Assembly (NCBI GenBank): GCA_051294905.1
Contig: CM119378.1
Location: forward strand, 1,862,001 to 1,926,000
Length of the DNA: 64,000 nt
Reading direction: 5' to 3'
Origin: Botryllus schlosseri
Taxonomy: Eukaryota
Part shown: in pieces, positions 23,784-36,982 of the stretch
Layout of the letters: each line of letters opens with the position of its first letter
Position numbering within the stretch: position 1 is the first letter of the stretch
Translations under genes and position numbers: made by a program
Notes under the pieces: model-generated
The model's database searches: none
Told to the model about the DNA's origin: nothing
Seen by the model: only the letters and a program-made list of their open reading frames with translations

Positions 23784-25125
23784 CAGGCCGTGTTATTTTT
23801 GGCATTTCAGGAGCCAGATGCCAAAACTGCCAAAAATAAAAATTTGAAAATGCCAAAAATAAGCAATTTTTGGCATATGCCAAAAATAACACGGCCTGCC
23901 AAATAGTGTATTTCGTTCGTGGTATTGTGTTAACAGGACCACGTTACAAGCGAGAAGAGCGTTTGTGAAAGGCAGGTTTCTTAATCTGGGTCCAGCCCAC
24001 CCATTAGGAGTGAAAGCATGGTGTCCTAAATGGTGTGGGCACAGCGAGATTGAACGGCTGACTGTATTTGGTTTACGTCATACTTTCCATTTGTCCAAAG
24101 GCAATTTTACGACCATTTTTGACTGGTTTGTCGAGCGCTAAATTTGATAAGACAGGTATCAATGAAAAGCTGCCGCAGTACTGATTATTAAAATATAAAT
24201 TATATTCTGCTCATGGAACTGGAACCCCCAAATTCAACCACGATTTTTGCGTTGTGATCGAGTTGAACATTGTGAAACTGTCTGGCTATTTCTGAGCTGC
24301 ATAGTCTCGTTTTGCCAGACAGTCTTGTTGCGTCAATGTTCTTAAACAAGCTAACCTTCCCAGGACTCTTCCATGCGAGTTGGTAACATTAAAGCCACCT
24401 GAAGTGACGAAAGTCCTCCGAAAATATATCGGTAGACTGTGAAGGAGAAATGATAGTTGGGCTACTAAATAGAATGTGTTGAGAGGCAACACTGGAAAAG
24501 GATCGGGAAGAAAATTCTTTCCGCAATGAGATCGATGGCACTGGCGAAGTGATCTCTTTTCATGATGCATGGAAGCCGGTTCGGCCCTCCAAAGATCTCG
24601 AAGCTCTGAACACCTTTTGTGGATGACTGGCAACATTCTTTCCCTCAACGGCTACTGTTTGAAGCGGATATTTCCCTGATTCGCTGGGCGAGAAATGAAC
24701 TTAGGAGAAACTTAGCTGGCCTGAGTTTGGAAGCACTGTTACAGTGCAAACGATTTAAGTCTATTCAACAGCTGTAACAATCTGCTATTGAGCGTGTTTG
24801 TTAGGCTTTTCTTTTCTTTTTGCTTATTGGCACCGATTCCGATGGATACGGGACATTTTGTGGTTTCGTTTGATATTGTTAACCTATGGAATCGTTAGGT
24901 TTTTTCTTCTTCTTATTGTTTGTTGGCACTGATTATACGTGGATGCTGCACATTTTGTGGTGTCTTTTGACAAACTAGCCCAAATAAAGCGTTTTTGTGA
25001 CTAATTCGAGGCTGAAACTATCTATTTAGAGGACAATGCCAAAACTGCCAAAAATAAAAATCGAAAAATGCCAAAAATAAGTTATTTTTGGCAGTTTTGG
25101 CATATGCCAAAAATAACACGGCCTG
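23784..25125. mobile_element. 1.34-kb TSD-bounded composite non-autonomous element
   Basis: TIR caggccgtgttatttttggca / tgccaaaaataacacggcctg; perfect TSD cctatata at 23776-23783 and 25126-25133; extra internal right TIR ending ~23898. Confidence 0.85.
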
Positions 25126-25616
25126 CCTATATAGGTGTAAGAAGTGGACGTTAAGCTGACTGTTGGCATCGCTGCCACAAATATGCGATATTTGTCGGTG
25201 TTCAGAACAGTTGGCACTAACTCTGAAGTCAGCGTGCCATTTCACATGAGATACACAGTATTGTCCCAGTAGCTTGCAGTTCGGAGGTGTATATAGGTTA
25301 ATCGCAACGCTATACTTACCATTCCGAAAATTGTATCCGACATCGTCACGTTATATTCTTCGTATACACACATTGCTCTCCTTATAGATCAAACTATATA
25401 CTTATGTTTCGTATGGAGTATCCAAGGCTGCGTTACAGGAGCCTCTTATTACAGATCATACATTTGTGGAGAAATTACTCGGATAGATATAGGAAGCGAT
25501 ATCCCGAAAATAGGTAGCAGTGAACATGACAATATGAATTAAATCATTTATTTCTTCCTCAACAAATTATCATATCAGCAATCAGCATCAATAAATGCCG
25601 ATACAACACACTAGAA

Positions 25617-26368
25617 CAGTAGGCCTACTTCCCAACCTTTTTCTGTTCTTATCGTCCAGGTTTAATTGCGGTCCCAAAATGAGTTATGACCAAATGAATG
25701 AGAACGTCAAATCAACGCACAATTCGTCGCGTGAGTAACGAGTTACACCAGAGGCCCACAAGTGACTGCAAACGAGACAGCACCTATGCGTATTTTACAT
25801 CGAACGAAAAGGGGTTCCGGTTATAGCTTTTGTCACGCCAATTTTTGGCTGATTATAACGACAAATCGAGCGGGATTACTGCATTTCCCGTTCAATGCTC
25901 GCAAAGCCTACGGAGGAAAGAAATAATTGCAATTCTCAGGCTTACACACTAACACACGGCCGAATTTTGCGCTCAACTTAATATGACTGTCACGAAAATC
26001 TGGCTCGCGAATTATTGTGAGCACAGCAGGAACGCGGCCTACGACGATTATGGGCGCAAATATACAATTTAATTTTGAGAAGGAGAACCTATATTTTCTC
26101 ATCCAAGTTCGTCCAAGTATTTGGCATGTTTGGCAAATTGATTAGGAAACATTAATGTTAGGAAATTATTCTCGGCCCATCTGAAATAACTTGCCATCGG
26201 TTGGGAAGCGGTGTCTCGAAAAAGCCTGGAAGTGGGCCGTGCTGCAAGTCGGCAGCTACGGAATCGAAAATAAGAAATATTGGCCTGGTGTAAATGACCA
26301 TTGTAGTCGACAAACACTGTAAATACCACAAACAGCAACACATACATTGCGCTAGGAAGTAGAGTCTG
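25617..26368. mobile_element. ~750-bp insertion immediately 3' of the lectin A stop codon
   Basis: Ends ...ggcctacttccc / ggaagtagagtctg; absent at the homologous position after the lectin B stop. Confidence 0.7.
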
Positions 26369-29300
26369 TTACTTGGCACAGAGAAAATGTGAGAATCTAG
26401 CGCCATCAGCCACGTTCATGAAGCCGTTGAACTTGTCGTTTCGGTTCGGAATGTAAGCGATTTCACCATGACCCTTTTGTCGGATAGGATGATCCAGGAA
26501 CCAGTCCGGCTCGTATGAAACTTTTTCTCCATTCGGCAACAGCGGGAATTTCCGGTTTACACTATGCTGTAATACATCGTGTAGGCTATACAGTACAGAT
26601 ATAGTAAACATTTTAATAATACTGGTAAAAAAAAGGAAAACAATTGGCAGACAATCTAGGAGTGTTTTCTGGGATTTTCGAGGTTGCTGATTACTAATAT
26701 GACATTGATTTTTCCAGATTCACTCTATTTAAGAATATATCCATACCCATAAATAAGCCAAAATTAGCCTACTGTATTTACCCCAAAATATTTCGCCTAG
26801 TAGGAATTGAATCGTGTTTTATAGCGAGCACAAATATATAATTGACTTTTTAAAACACTGATGTGGTCATCAGTTATTCAATCAATCTGAACTTGGCCTG
26901 GTGCGAGATCTTTATATGTTAAAAGGGAAGTCTGTCAAGCATAAAAATCGTACTTATTCCCAATAGAAAATATATTATCCCCTGTACCAATTGGTCATTC
27001 TACCACGATGAAAGAGGAGTATAGAGCTATCAAATATGTTCTTGAAAAGCTTGATTGGTATACTAATATGCGGCTCATATCTGTTGACTTTAAAATGATC
27101 AGTTTTCTGCTGGGTCATGGAAATAGGTAGGGTATAAGGGTATAGGGTATAAGTATCCATGTTTTATACTTTTGTGGGACAGCAGGTCAAGAGTGGCGCT
27201 AGAAACACTGGGCAGAATGAACTATAGTCTTCAAGTTAGAACTGCTGCGCAATCAGTGAGCATTTGTTACCCAGAGACATAATTGAAAATCACAAAGCAC
27301 CCAACTACAAACAGTTGGTCCAAAATTCATACATGCACGGGGAAAGCTCGGACTATGAGCATTAACGTTAAGTTCATGTTCAGTCATCTTGCTATATTTC
27401 CTGATCATCTTGGTGATTAGAGTAGGGAGAGAGGGGAAAATTCCTCCAAGATATCAAAACAACAAAAGAAGGATATCAGGGTGGATGAGATAAACATATG
27501 AGGGCAGACTATTATTGAAAACGTTCTAGTAACTGGCTGATATTACCTGACAAGCACAAATCGTACAGCAAACAATTTCATTTCAAGATTTTAACTTGTT
27601 ATTATTATATTTCCAGTGAATATTTTGACTCAAAATAGGTGCTCTATATGATATGAAACTGATTTAAATAATGCAACTTTATTTCAGTATTTTATGTAGG
27701 TTGAAGATACTTATATATCGCTGGGGTTTAGGTACGTGATATCCGTGAAAGTCTTCGTCTTCTTTAAATTCAATACCGCTAAAATTTAATGATGTTACTG
27801 TATTATGATTTAAAAGTATATAAGAGTGTACAAATCACAATTAGATTGAATTCTGAGCTAAATTTACCCCCAAAAGAATCATAAAAACAAGGCAATTGCT
27901 AACACAGGCATGATGAAACTGCATCACACGCCAACTATTCAAACTTTTATAATACGTCTGAACTGTGTTTTATGTAACCCTTAGAGCGAGAATGTGAGAT
28001 TTTAGCCACAATTACCCCTGAGTTATCTCCGAAACCTGCATGAGCCAATTAAAGAAAAAGCTGTCATATTCGGAATCAGTGCCCTTCCGAATCCCCAAAA
28101 CCACTCTTACTTTGTCTGCTTAGAAATAAGTGTTGGCATCTGTAAGATATTCACTATGTAATGTAAATGTATTAAAACTAGAAGCTATATAGTAATATAT
28201 AGTTATAAGCCATTTAATAAGATATGACTGACGAAAATGCAGCAACGTTCCAGACTCACATCATATTCAAGTGCTGTCAAAAGCATCTCCATTCGATAAT
28301 GATTGGAAAAATAAAATCTGATCGCCGATAAAACACTGCCGGAGGAAATGACGGCAAGGGTGGCACCTTCCGACTCGCATTCACTCATCGCCTCTTCTTT
28401 ATTAACTCCAAGCGGTGATTTCATCACGAAATAGCAAACGTCACCGGACATAACCCCGTCGACGCATTCGGGTGTCGCCATAACTGATAATGTAAAAACT
28501 CACTCAGTTGCATTTTAGCAAAGAGGAAACATTATAGAGCAAATTGTTCCTTAGTAGGGCTGGGAAGAATCGAGTGCCCGAGTGATTGCTTGACTTTATT
28601 ATGAACCCGGGTTACTCATACGCTGTTACGTAATCACGGTACATAAATTAAATAGACTTCAAAGTGAACGCATTTCCGGTACCATCCATACAGCCTGTAG
28701 TTTTAGTTTACGCATTAACATTGATGAATGGATTTTATGATCTAAATTCCAAGGATCTTTTCGCGGTCCGCTCATAATCGCGTTTCGGGCCGCATTTGGT
28801 ATGGAGGATGTGGAAAGATTGGATATGTAACTTTTATGCGATAACTGAGAAAATATCGCCAGGTATAAATTCCACATTAAGAATCCAGTGGTGTCTTTTC
28901 GACCATAGTTCGTTACACTTTGCGATAATGCTGTAGGAGTGTAGGGCATCACAACCGAAATGTCCCATGCACTAACGTGCGTGACTTTGCTCTACACGTT
29001 TTGGATGGTGTGATGCGACCGATCGATGTTTCAAGGCTTCCGCGCTTGGACAAAGGTATGGAAACTATTAGGGATGGTGTCAACACGAACCTGAACCTCA
29101 TCACATCACGTGACGTTATATTGCTAATTCCAACCCTACATTACCGTGAAGTGATATATATAGGCAGTGTATACTATACCTAGCCACGAGTCAGGCCACA
29201 TAATGCCACAATACTGAAGTATATATTGGGGTTCCCATACGTACGGATTTGCTCTCCATTTACAGGTTTTTGAAAATGTTCTCGGAGGACGCCTAAATGT

Positions 29301-31009
29301 CCTCTTTTTTGAGATTTTGTAGTATTTTTTGGGAATTTTGTTAAATATTCAAAATTCGACTGAGATACACTAAATCAGCACTGAACTAACGCTCCGGCGG
29401 CTATTTCGGGAGCTGAGCCGGAAAGTTGACCTTTTTTTGTCAACCGACCACAAAGTTGGAAAAACTAACCCTTGTTTTCGAGATTTTCCTCCGGTATTCT
29501 AAGTTTGAAAATTTTGAAATAGTGTCTTGCTTTTTCGATTCCAAAATATGGTAACACTAGTATATGTTGACTTTTTAAACGTCGTCAACTGCTGGAGCAT
29601 TCTTGAATTTGTGTGATTTCGAGTCAAACTTACAGCAGATAGTCACTAAATATTCACAAACGGAAAAGTGGATATGTCGAGCAAACTTTTGTAACCAAGC
29701 AGGTAAAATCTTTGAGATTGTTGAGGTGCATGCTCGTTTAGTGTTGATTTTTTATGCTGACAGCGCCATGTATAGAGTGACCCGCAGTTGAAATGCAATA
29801 AATTACAACCAAAGATGTTATAATGACGTGAAAATTGTAATATATGAAAAAGGTTCACAGTGCAGAGCCTACCAAGGTTCGTTTGTGAACGCGAACCTCG
29901 AAATTTCCGAGGTTCGCACACAGAACGCGAGCATGAACCTCACGTTTACACCATCCCTAGAAACTATGATACTTTTTGATAAATATAAGTATAAGTGACT
30001 CGAATCATTGCAATTAATATTTGATTCAGATTGCGCATCATTGCGGCAAGATGTGGGTATATGAATATCAATGTAGCATGTTCCTTTGACTGCTATTACC
30101 TATCGGTGTATAACAGGGGTGGGCAGACCTGCTTCATACGCGAGCCGCATATCAAAAATGTTAGTTTTAAAACAGCAAAAATACAAAAATTCCAAAATAC
30201 AAATCTATTACGTCACAGTGAAATGTTGGATATCGAATTAGGTTTATTATTGTGTTTGTGATACCTGCGCTGCAAGGTGTTTGAAATCAGGTTGATATGA
30301 CGTCAAAGCAGTGCGGAGCAGTTCGTTGAAGTGCTTATGTATGAGCATTTAAGTAATATTTGACCTGGGTAATGTGTTTACTCCGTAAATATCTGTCTTC
30401 GTTGGGTAGCTTGTGGCAAAGTTTTGGCGTTTGATTTCGTAATAACGTTTCAAGTTACTAGACTTGTAATTATTGAGCTAATATTGACAGATAAGGCCTC
30501 CATTATCACGGAATGCAAACTGTTCCTCCCATTCTGTTAAAAAGTTCTTTTTTTCTCTTCATGCTTTCTTTTCCTGCAATTATCGCTCAACGACATTTTC
30601 TCTGTAGTTATTACTATATAGTATTTTTAACACGAATGGAAGAGTCGTATTCAACATTATTAGCCCGGAAATTATTGTGTCATGTTCTACCGCGATAGTT
30701 GATTATTGAACACATCATTGATTGATGACCATTTGACCATGCACCATTGTTGTGGGTGAAACGTTTATTTGAATTCGATTCGAGAGCTAAATTGACATGT
30801 TCTAACCATGTAATGCTAATGCTACTATTTATAGTCAGGTTAAAATTTTATAGCAAAATAGCGAAACGCATGTGCAAGCATTGAAAGAGCCGGATGTGGC
30901 TTGCGAGCCACAGTCTGCCCCCATGGTGTATAAGATCCGACGTAACTTAAATATTCCACTTACCGTGCGAGCCAACAGCCAGCAGGATCATCGCCAGATA
31001 TATCTTCAT
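26369..31009 (-). CDS. Secreted C-type lectin-like protein A, 155 aa. Exons 30964-31009, 28260-28483, 26369-26566
   Basis: Signal peptide MKIYLAMILLAVGSH; CTLD N-half (ECVDG..CYFV..EAMSECESEGATLAVI); C-terminal FLCAK*; GT-AG phases consistent; matches paralog B exon for exon. Confidence 0.88.
26620..28142 (+). mobile_element. Decayed CMC/Chapaev-3-like DNA transposon in lectin A intron 2
   Basis: Relic peptides VDFKMISFLLG..KYPCFILLWDSR, ENHKAPNYKQLV and MSINVKFMFSHLAIFPDHLGD*..FLQDIK..YQGG*DKHMRADYY; subterminal inverted repeats (~26645-26710 vs ~28060-28120); TAA on both flanks. Family name assigned from recalled motifs. Confidence 0.7.
29069..29959. mobile_element. 'TAGGGATGGTGT' MITE copy 2, carrying a nested MITE (~29227-29559) of the 16289/16883 family
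   Basis: Perfect TSD gaaactat; homologous to 11966-12890; nested insert flanked by agtatatat/agtatatgt. Confidence 0.88.
30114..30925. mobile_element. hAT-type MITE in lectin A intron 1
   Basis: Perfect TSD gtgtataa; ends caggggtgggcagac / gtctgcccccatg; gcgagcc subterminal motifs. Confidence 0.88.
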
Positions 31010-31576
31010 TTTTCTACTAGGTGTGTTGTCGAGTCTGTAGTGCGAATCCCCTCTGTACTACTCGATTTTAAATACCTTCCCGGGGACGCAATTCCAGGAA
31101 ATGATGTCATGTGAAAACGCGGGTAGGATGTTGCGAGAACGGACTTCACGTCCGGACGCAAGCCGCGGAACCAAAGAATCAAGTCCCAATTGCACGATTC
31201 TCCGTTTAAGTGTATACATTCCTATGTGTGGTGTGTTGCTGCTAAAACGAGTGATGGAAATCGACACATGTATTACGAGTAGAACGAGTTTTGTAACAAC
31301 ACTTGTGTTGCATAGCCTACATTTCCTAGCTTTGGGATTAATCTATGTGAAATAAAATAGATCAAACCTCAATCGCCATATAGAATAGATTCCATTTGTA
31401 AATCTAATGGCGGAAATGGGCCATGTAGCACGGCTGAAGTTTTGTTTCATTGGATGACAGACTTTAACATATCTCATGTTAGGTCGCACAATGAAACTCC
31501 CATTATAGGAGGCCGCGAACTGAAAGACGGCTTGGAAGCATCGTCGCGGTAGACTATGTTAGTACATACCTATAAT

Positions 31577-32712
31577 CAGGGCCGTAACAGCAATTCGTCA
31601 GGCCCCGCCCAAAACGTTGGTTTTAGGCCCCCCACATAGCGATGATGAACCGGACCTCTGGGGGGCGTAGCCCCCCAGACCCCCTCATCCTATCCGCTGT
31701 TTCCCGTTATACTTGTCATCTAAATTGGGCGCCTTTGACTGGCCCAGCTTTTCTCGCCTAGACTCGCAAAGCACGAAAATTTTTTATAATTAATGATTGA
31801 ATCGGCCAATATGATCGGGAATTGCATATATATTGCTATTAATTATATCCTCGCACTGCTCACGTAATCAGATTTACAGGTGAGGTGTGTTTGAAAAGGT
31901 AGGACTCCTCAATAATAATTAAACACCTTCGGGCGTATACCCGTTGGCAGGATCAAAACAACACTTCTTCAGGCCCCCCCAAAAAACTTGGGTCCTGGGC
32001 TACCATAGGGTGATAAACCTGCCCCCAATCACGTTGTTCGCTTTTGCCACGAAGTTTGCTGCACTGTGTAATGAGCCAGCGCGAAGCGCGGAAATTTTCG
32101 ATAAATCATGATAAAATCGATCAAAAAGATAGGGAATTGCATATCTATTGCTATCAATTTCTTGTCGTCTCTGCTCACGTAATCATACCGGCAGAGTTGA
32201 ATGAGGTGTCTTGGAAACTGTAGGGCTCTTTGATATGACTCTGTAACATGATGTTATTTAGTGACCTCCTGTCTGCTATATCAAAATATATAGAATCGCA
32301 TATAATTGGCATATGGCATATGGCATATAATTTTTCCCTGCGGGATGGTATTTGTCTTGTGAGGTTCAGAGTGAGTTTTCTCGCTGCCGATCGTCCTGGC
32401 CCACTTCTTGGAGTCGCATGTTACATGGCCTAAAACTTAATATGTCTTGGTAAATCGTGGCGCGGTAATGGCCAATGCCGACATGCCCATTTCTATAAAT
32501 CTTGCGTATTTTTTCTTGGGGGTAGAGTATACTAAAAATTCAAGACATAAGGCAACTTGAAATCGCGCGTAGCGCGAAAAACTTTTGAAAAAGTTGCATG
32601 AATTTTTCAAAAATACTCTATAATTTATGCTAATTCACGAAATAATTTTGGGCCTCCTTCGAGCTCGGGCCCCCCCAATTTTGGGTTTTGGGACGCGGCA
32701 GTTACGGTCCTG
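31577..32712. mobile_element. 1.1-kb hAT-type non-autonomous element (second copy ~40230-41260)
   Basis: Perfect TSD cctataat; TIR cagggccgtaac / gttacggtcctg; extensive identity with 40270-41260. Confidence 0.9.
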
Positions 32713-33287
32713 CCTATAATGTACCAATTCGAACTGTCCAATATTGTACATAATACATTTTCTTGACCTGACATTTGTCGTTTTTTTTGTCAGAACAGTT
32801 GGCAGATAATGTTAAGTCTGCATGCCCTTGCATTGTCACTCTTACCCAAAAAAAAGTGTGTATTTACACCCCAAAGGGCCGAAACCAGAAGCTTATACCG
32901 CCGTCATAAATCCTACGTGACTGCGTCCATTGATTTCACTGTCCGCGTAGGTTAACCGGAACACTATACTTGCAAACATATCAAACTCGGAAATTAAATC
33001 TGACATCACCACGTTACATTCTTTGCGTACACACATGACTTCCAACTCCCCTTATGGATCAAACTATACCAATCTACATATGCTACGCCTGGAAGGCTGC
33101 GTTATAGAATCCTCTTATTACAATTCATGCGTTTATAGAAATGTTTCGCGGGTACATATTGGAAGCAATTGCCTGAAAATAGGTGACAGTGAAAACAGCG
33201 GAATGAATTCAATCCTTTATTTCTTCCTCAGCCAATTATTATATCATCATCATAAATAAATACTGCTACAACACAATAGAAAGTCCA

Positions 33288-35306
33288 TTACTTGGCACAA
33301 AGAAAATAGAAGAATCTGGCGCCATCGGCGATGTTCATGAAGCCATTGAACTTGTCGTTTCGGTTCGGAATGTAAACGATTTCACCATGACCCTTTTGTT
33401 TGATAGGATGGCCTTCGAACCAATCAGGCTCGTAAGGAACTTTCTCCCCGCTCGGCAACAGAGGGAATTTCGGGTTCGTCCTATGCTGTTATACAACGTA
33501 TTCACGTATAAGATATAGTAAACGAAAATGCAACCGCGTGTTAGACTCACATCATATTCCAGTCCCGTCAAAATCATCTCCATTCCGTAATCGTTAAGAA
33601 AACGAAAGCTGATGGCCGATAAGGCTCTGCCAGAAGGAATGACTGCCAGAGTGGCACCGTCCGATGCGCATTCAGTCATCGCCTCTTCTCTGGTAACTCC
33701 AAACGGTGTTGTCATCACGTAATAGCAAACACCGTCGGCGCTAGCCCCGTCCTTACAACCGCTTGTCGCCGTGACTGTAAATGTAAAATCTCAATCAGTT
33801 GCATATTATCAAAGAAGAGATATTAGAGCAACATGCAACTTACTACATAGTGGTATACGACAAAATGTATATTTAAACTGAAAAGTTTATTGATTTCGTT
33901 ATCCCCTATTACAGTGGTCGGGAACCTATGGCTCGCGAGCCATATATGGCTCTTTTGGGTATAAGATATGGCTCCTTGCCAAATATTTATTTATGTACTG
34001 AATTGACCAATATTGCAGCGACTTGTTGGTAAATTTTCATCACGCCCAGAATAATTATTCTTGTGGCAGTATAAACATGTCTTTGAGAGGTAAAGACAAT
34101 GCCGTCTTCAGGTTTAGGGGCTCGGACCCCCTCTTTTCAAAATCATCAAATTTAAGTTACTGTCACGCCGGCGGCCAATATCACTGGCGAATTTTATGTA
34201 CCCGACTCGAAATCTTGAATTGTGCAATATGTTGATTAATCAAAGAGCATAGCAGATATGGCGTTGCCCCTTTCAAAACACAGTTTTCAAATAACGTTGT
34301 CTTCCTGATCTACGACGCGAAATGAGCTGTACAAACAACGCCATAGCTATCCACGTTCTTGATTGGCAAGTATAGCTCTGTGTAGTACCGACGATAAAAT
34401 TTATGCGTGTAGCGCAACGTTATTTTACCGCTGAATACTCTGAGAATTGAGAAGTCGACAACTATTTAGATTTTCGGAATCAGTGTGACAGTCACATTCG
34501 ATTAATATCGGTTATAATAAATTCTAAGCTTCTTATGATGAATTGCGTTATTAATGTAGAGGCTTGGCCCGTCTGTTCTTCAATTCTTGTTTCGAGCTTT
34601 ATTTTCGAACAGTAAATACCAGTTTGTACAAAGAAAAGATGGCGCACACGAATAATCCCATGTAGTGAGTTTGAATTAGCGCTACCATGACGTCACGAAT
34701 TTTCAATTGTGACGTAACAGTTGATTGATATGCATGGCTCTTTGGGAGTTGAGATGGAAAAAATAGGGTCAATATGGCTCTTAAGACAGAAAAGGTTCCA
34801 GACCACAGCCCTATTAGGTTGAACACTTGAACAGTGCCTATGAGTCGGGCTGGGGAAAGTCGAATACATTGGTGATACGAATCGAGTGTTACAGGCTTTA
34901 AATCGAGAAGACTCTTCGAGAATCACTCATGATGACGTGGCTAAAGTGTCTGGATCGTTCAAATAGGTACCTTTTATGCGACCGCAGAGAAAATATTGCT
35001 ACGTATGCGCCACCTTACGAATGATTTAGTAACTTTTCATATACGACCAAACTTGATGCCAAAGCTTCTACGTTAGGAAAATGATATCGAAATTAAAATA
35101 CGTTTTGATAAAATAAGTATTCGTGGAAAGCGCCGTACAATCTTAGTACTAGGAAAAATCGGATCTTAATGCCCGACTCGAATCATTGTAATTGATACTC
35201 GATTCGGATTCGAATATTCGTATCATATTGCCGGTGTACGATTCGGCATAACTTCAATGTTCCACTTACCGAAAGCCACAAGGATCATCGCCAGATATAT
35301 CTTCAT
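33288..35306 (-). CDS. Secreted C-type lectin-like protein B, 152 aa. Exons 35270-35306, 33551-33774, 33288-33485
   Basis: MKIYLAMILVAF | VTATSGCKDGASADGVCYYVM..EAMTECASDGATLAVI.. | HRTNPKFPLLPSGEKVPYEPDWFEGHP..FLCAK*; 65-nt intron 2; AATAAA on minus strand at 33216-33221. Confidence 0.9.
33912..34808. mobile_element. hAT-type MITE in lectin B intron 1
   Basis: Perfect TSD ccctatta; ends cagtggtcgggaacct / aggttccagaccacag; atatggctc subrepeats. Confidence 0.88.
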
Positions 35307-35704
35307 CTTTCTACTTTGTGTTTAGTCAACGAAAGAAAACTGTTGTGTGATTACTCGCGATATTACTCGATTTTAAATACATTCTCGGCGACTTAATTTC
35401 ACGAAGTTATGTCATGTGAAAACGCGGGTAGGATGTCGCGAGAATGATTTCATGTCCGGATGCAGGCCGCAAAATCGAACAGCCAAGTACAACTTACACG
35501 CTTTTGCGTGTAACTACATACAATGCTATATATGCGTCGTGAGTCGGAACAAGCACGAGAAATGTGAATCGACAGATGTATTTCGAGCGGTGCGAGTTTT
35601 GTAGCATAACTTTTCACCTTATATGTCTCTGAGTCGATACATGATTGCCGAATTTTTGTAAATGAACTGTGCGATAGCATAAAGCAAATCAGATTGCCAT
35701 AGGC

Positions 35705-36508
35705 CAGGAGCGGGCAACCTGAAACGGCCCGCGACGGGATTCTCAGCGGCCCGCAGGCAGATTCCTGTCTTACATGATAATGTGGCCCGCGGCCGCAATC
35801 CGTCACTATTTGCTTACTACGTCAAATTATGGTGACTGCAAGTTATTCCTAATTTCCTAGTTTTCCTCGATTCTTTGTTTTCGGTTTTTATTCACATTAG
35901 AAGCATGTTATGTTCAGTCTCAAAGGGCCTTTCGACACTTTTCCCTTCAATCGCGTGCCTTGTCGCATGCCTGAAGATGGATCGAAGTGATATTTTGGCT
36001 GATAAGTGTAATGTTTATGGGCGGCACGGACAAAAATAATAGTGATTGTTATGCGTCACAGAATGAATCCAAGTTTGCCAACCTGAGACAGATAGCTATG
36101 AAACTATACTTGTTGTGTTCGGGTCTACAATCTACATACATTTGCGATCAAACATTCTCGACCATGGCATCGCTGCATTCCAATCTAACTGATGTTGACG
36201 TGTAGTCTTTACTTGGGGTTTCTAAGTATGACATGCAGCATCAGTTCCAAGAACTTGTTGACAACTTTGATCGGCCACAGATGTCTCATTGACTTCAACA
36301 GCTCTTGAAGTAGGCTACATTGCATTAATAAATTCATTAAGTGGTGTTTTGGTTTCTATGCTTTTAACTTGAAGTTTACATTAAATACGCGTATTCCTTG
36401 TAAATAAGTGGATAAATATGCTATTAATGTATCGATTCTGGAATTCGGACCGCCAAATACTTCATTTTCTCCTTATCAGGCCAGATGCTGGAATAGTTGC
36501 CCGCCCTG
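35705..36508 (+). mobile_element. Internally deleted hAT (Buster/SPIN-like) transposon retaining a C-terminal transposase fragment
   Basis: Relic NESKFANLRQIAMKL..STYICDQTFSTM resembles the hAT C-terminal dimerisation domain; termini shared with 2835-3441. Confidence 0.8.
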
Positions 36509-36982
36509 TCTTATGCCCTACGCAAAAGAATAGACTAGATTCCACGTACTTATACTCACCTAATAGCGTATGCCGGACACGTAGCACAACTGCGGCGTTG
36601 CTGCTTTGGATAACATTTTTTAAAAATCATATTAATAAGAACATGCAGGGCGATATATTTATGCTGTGTGTAGTATATCTCTGCGACTGCATGTCGGATT
36701 ATCGAAATTTTAGAGCAGTTTTTAAAATATAAAGTAGGGCCTTGCAGAATCGAGTACCGGAACGATTCGAGTCTGAATCAAGTGTTCGAGTTTCACTCTA
36801 GATGACGTGATAGTATGAATTGTGTGAAGAATTCAATATGCACCTTTGGTGCGACCACAAAGAACGAAATGCCTGCTCCACGCCCCATTAAAGGTTATTT
36901 GGCATTTTCCGGCAGTAGGCTACCTGTTTACTATACGTTGCGACAATGATGCGGATTTTGATAACGACTGCACAATGCACAT

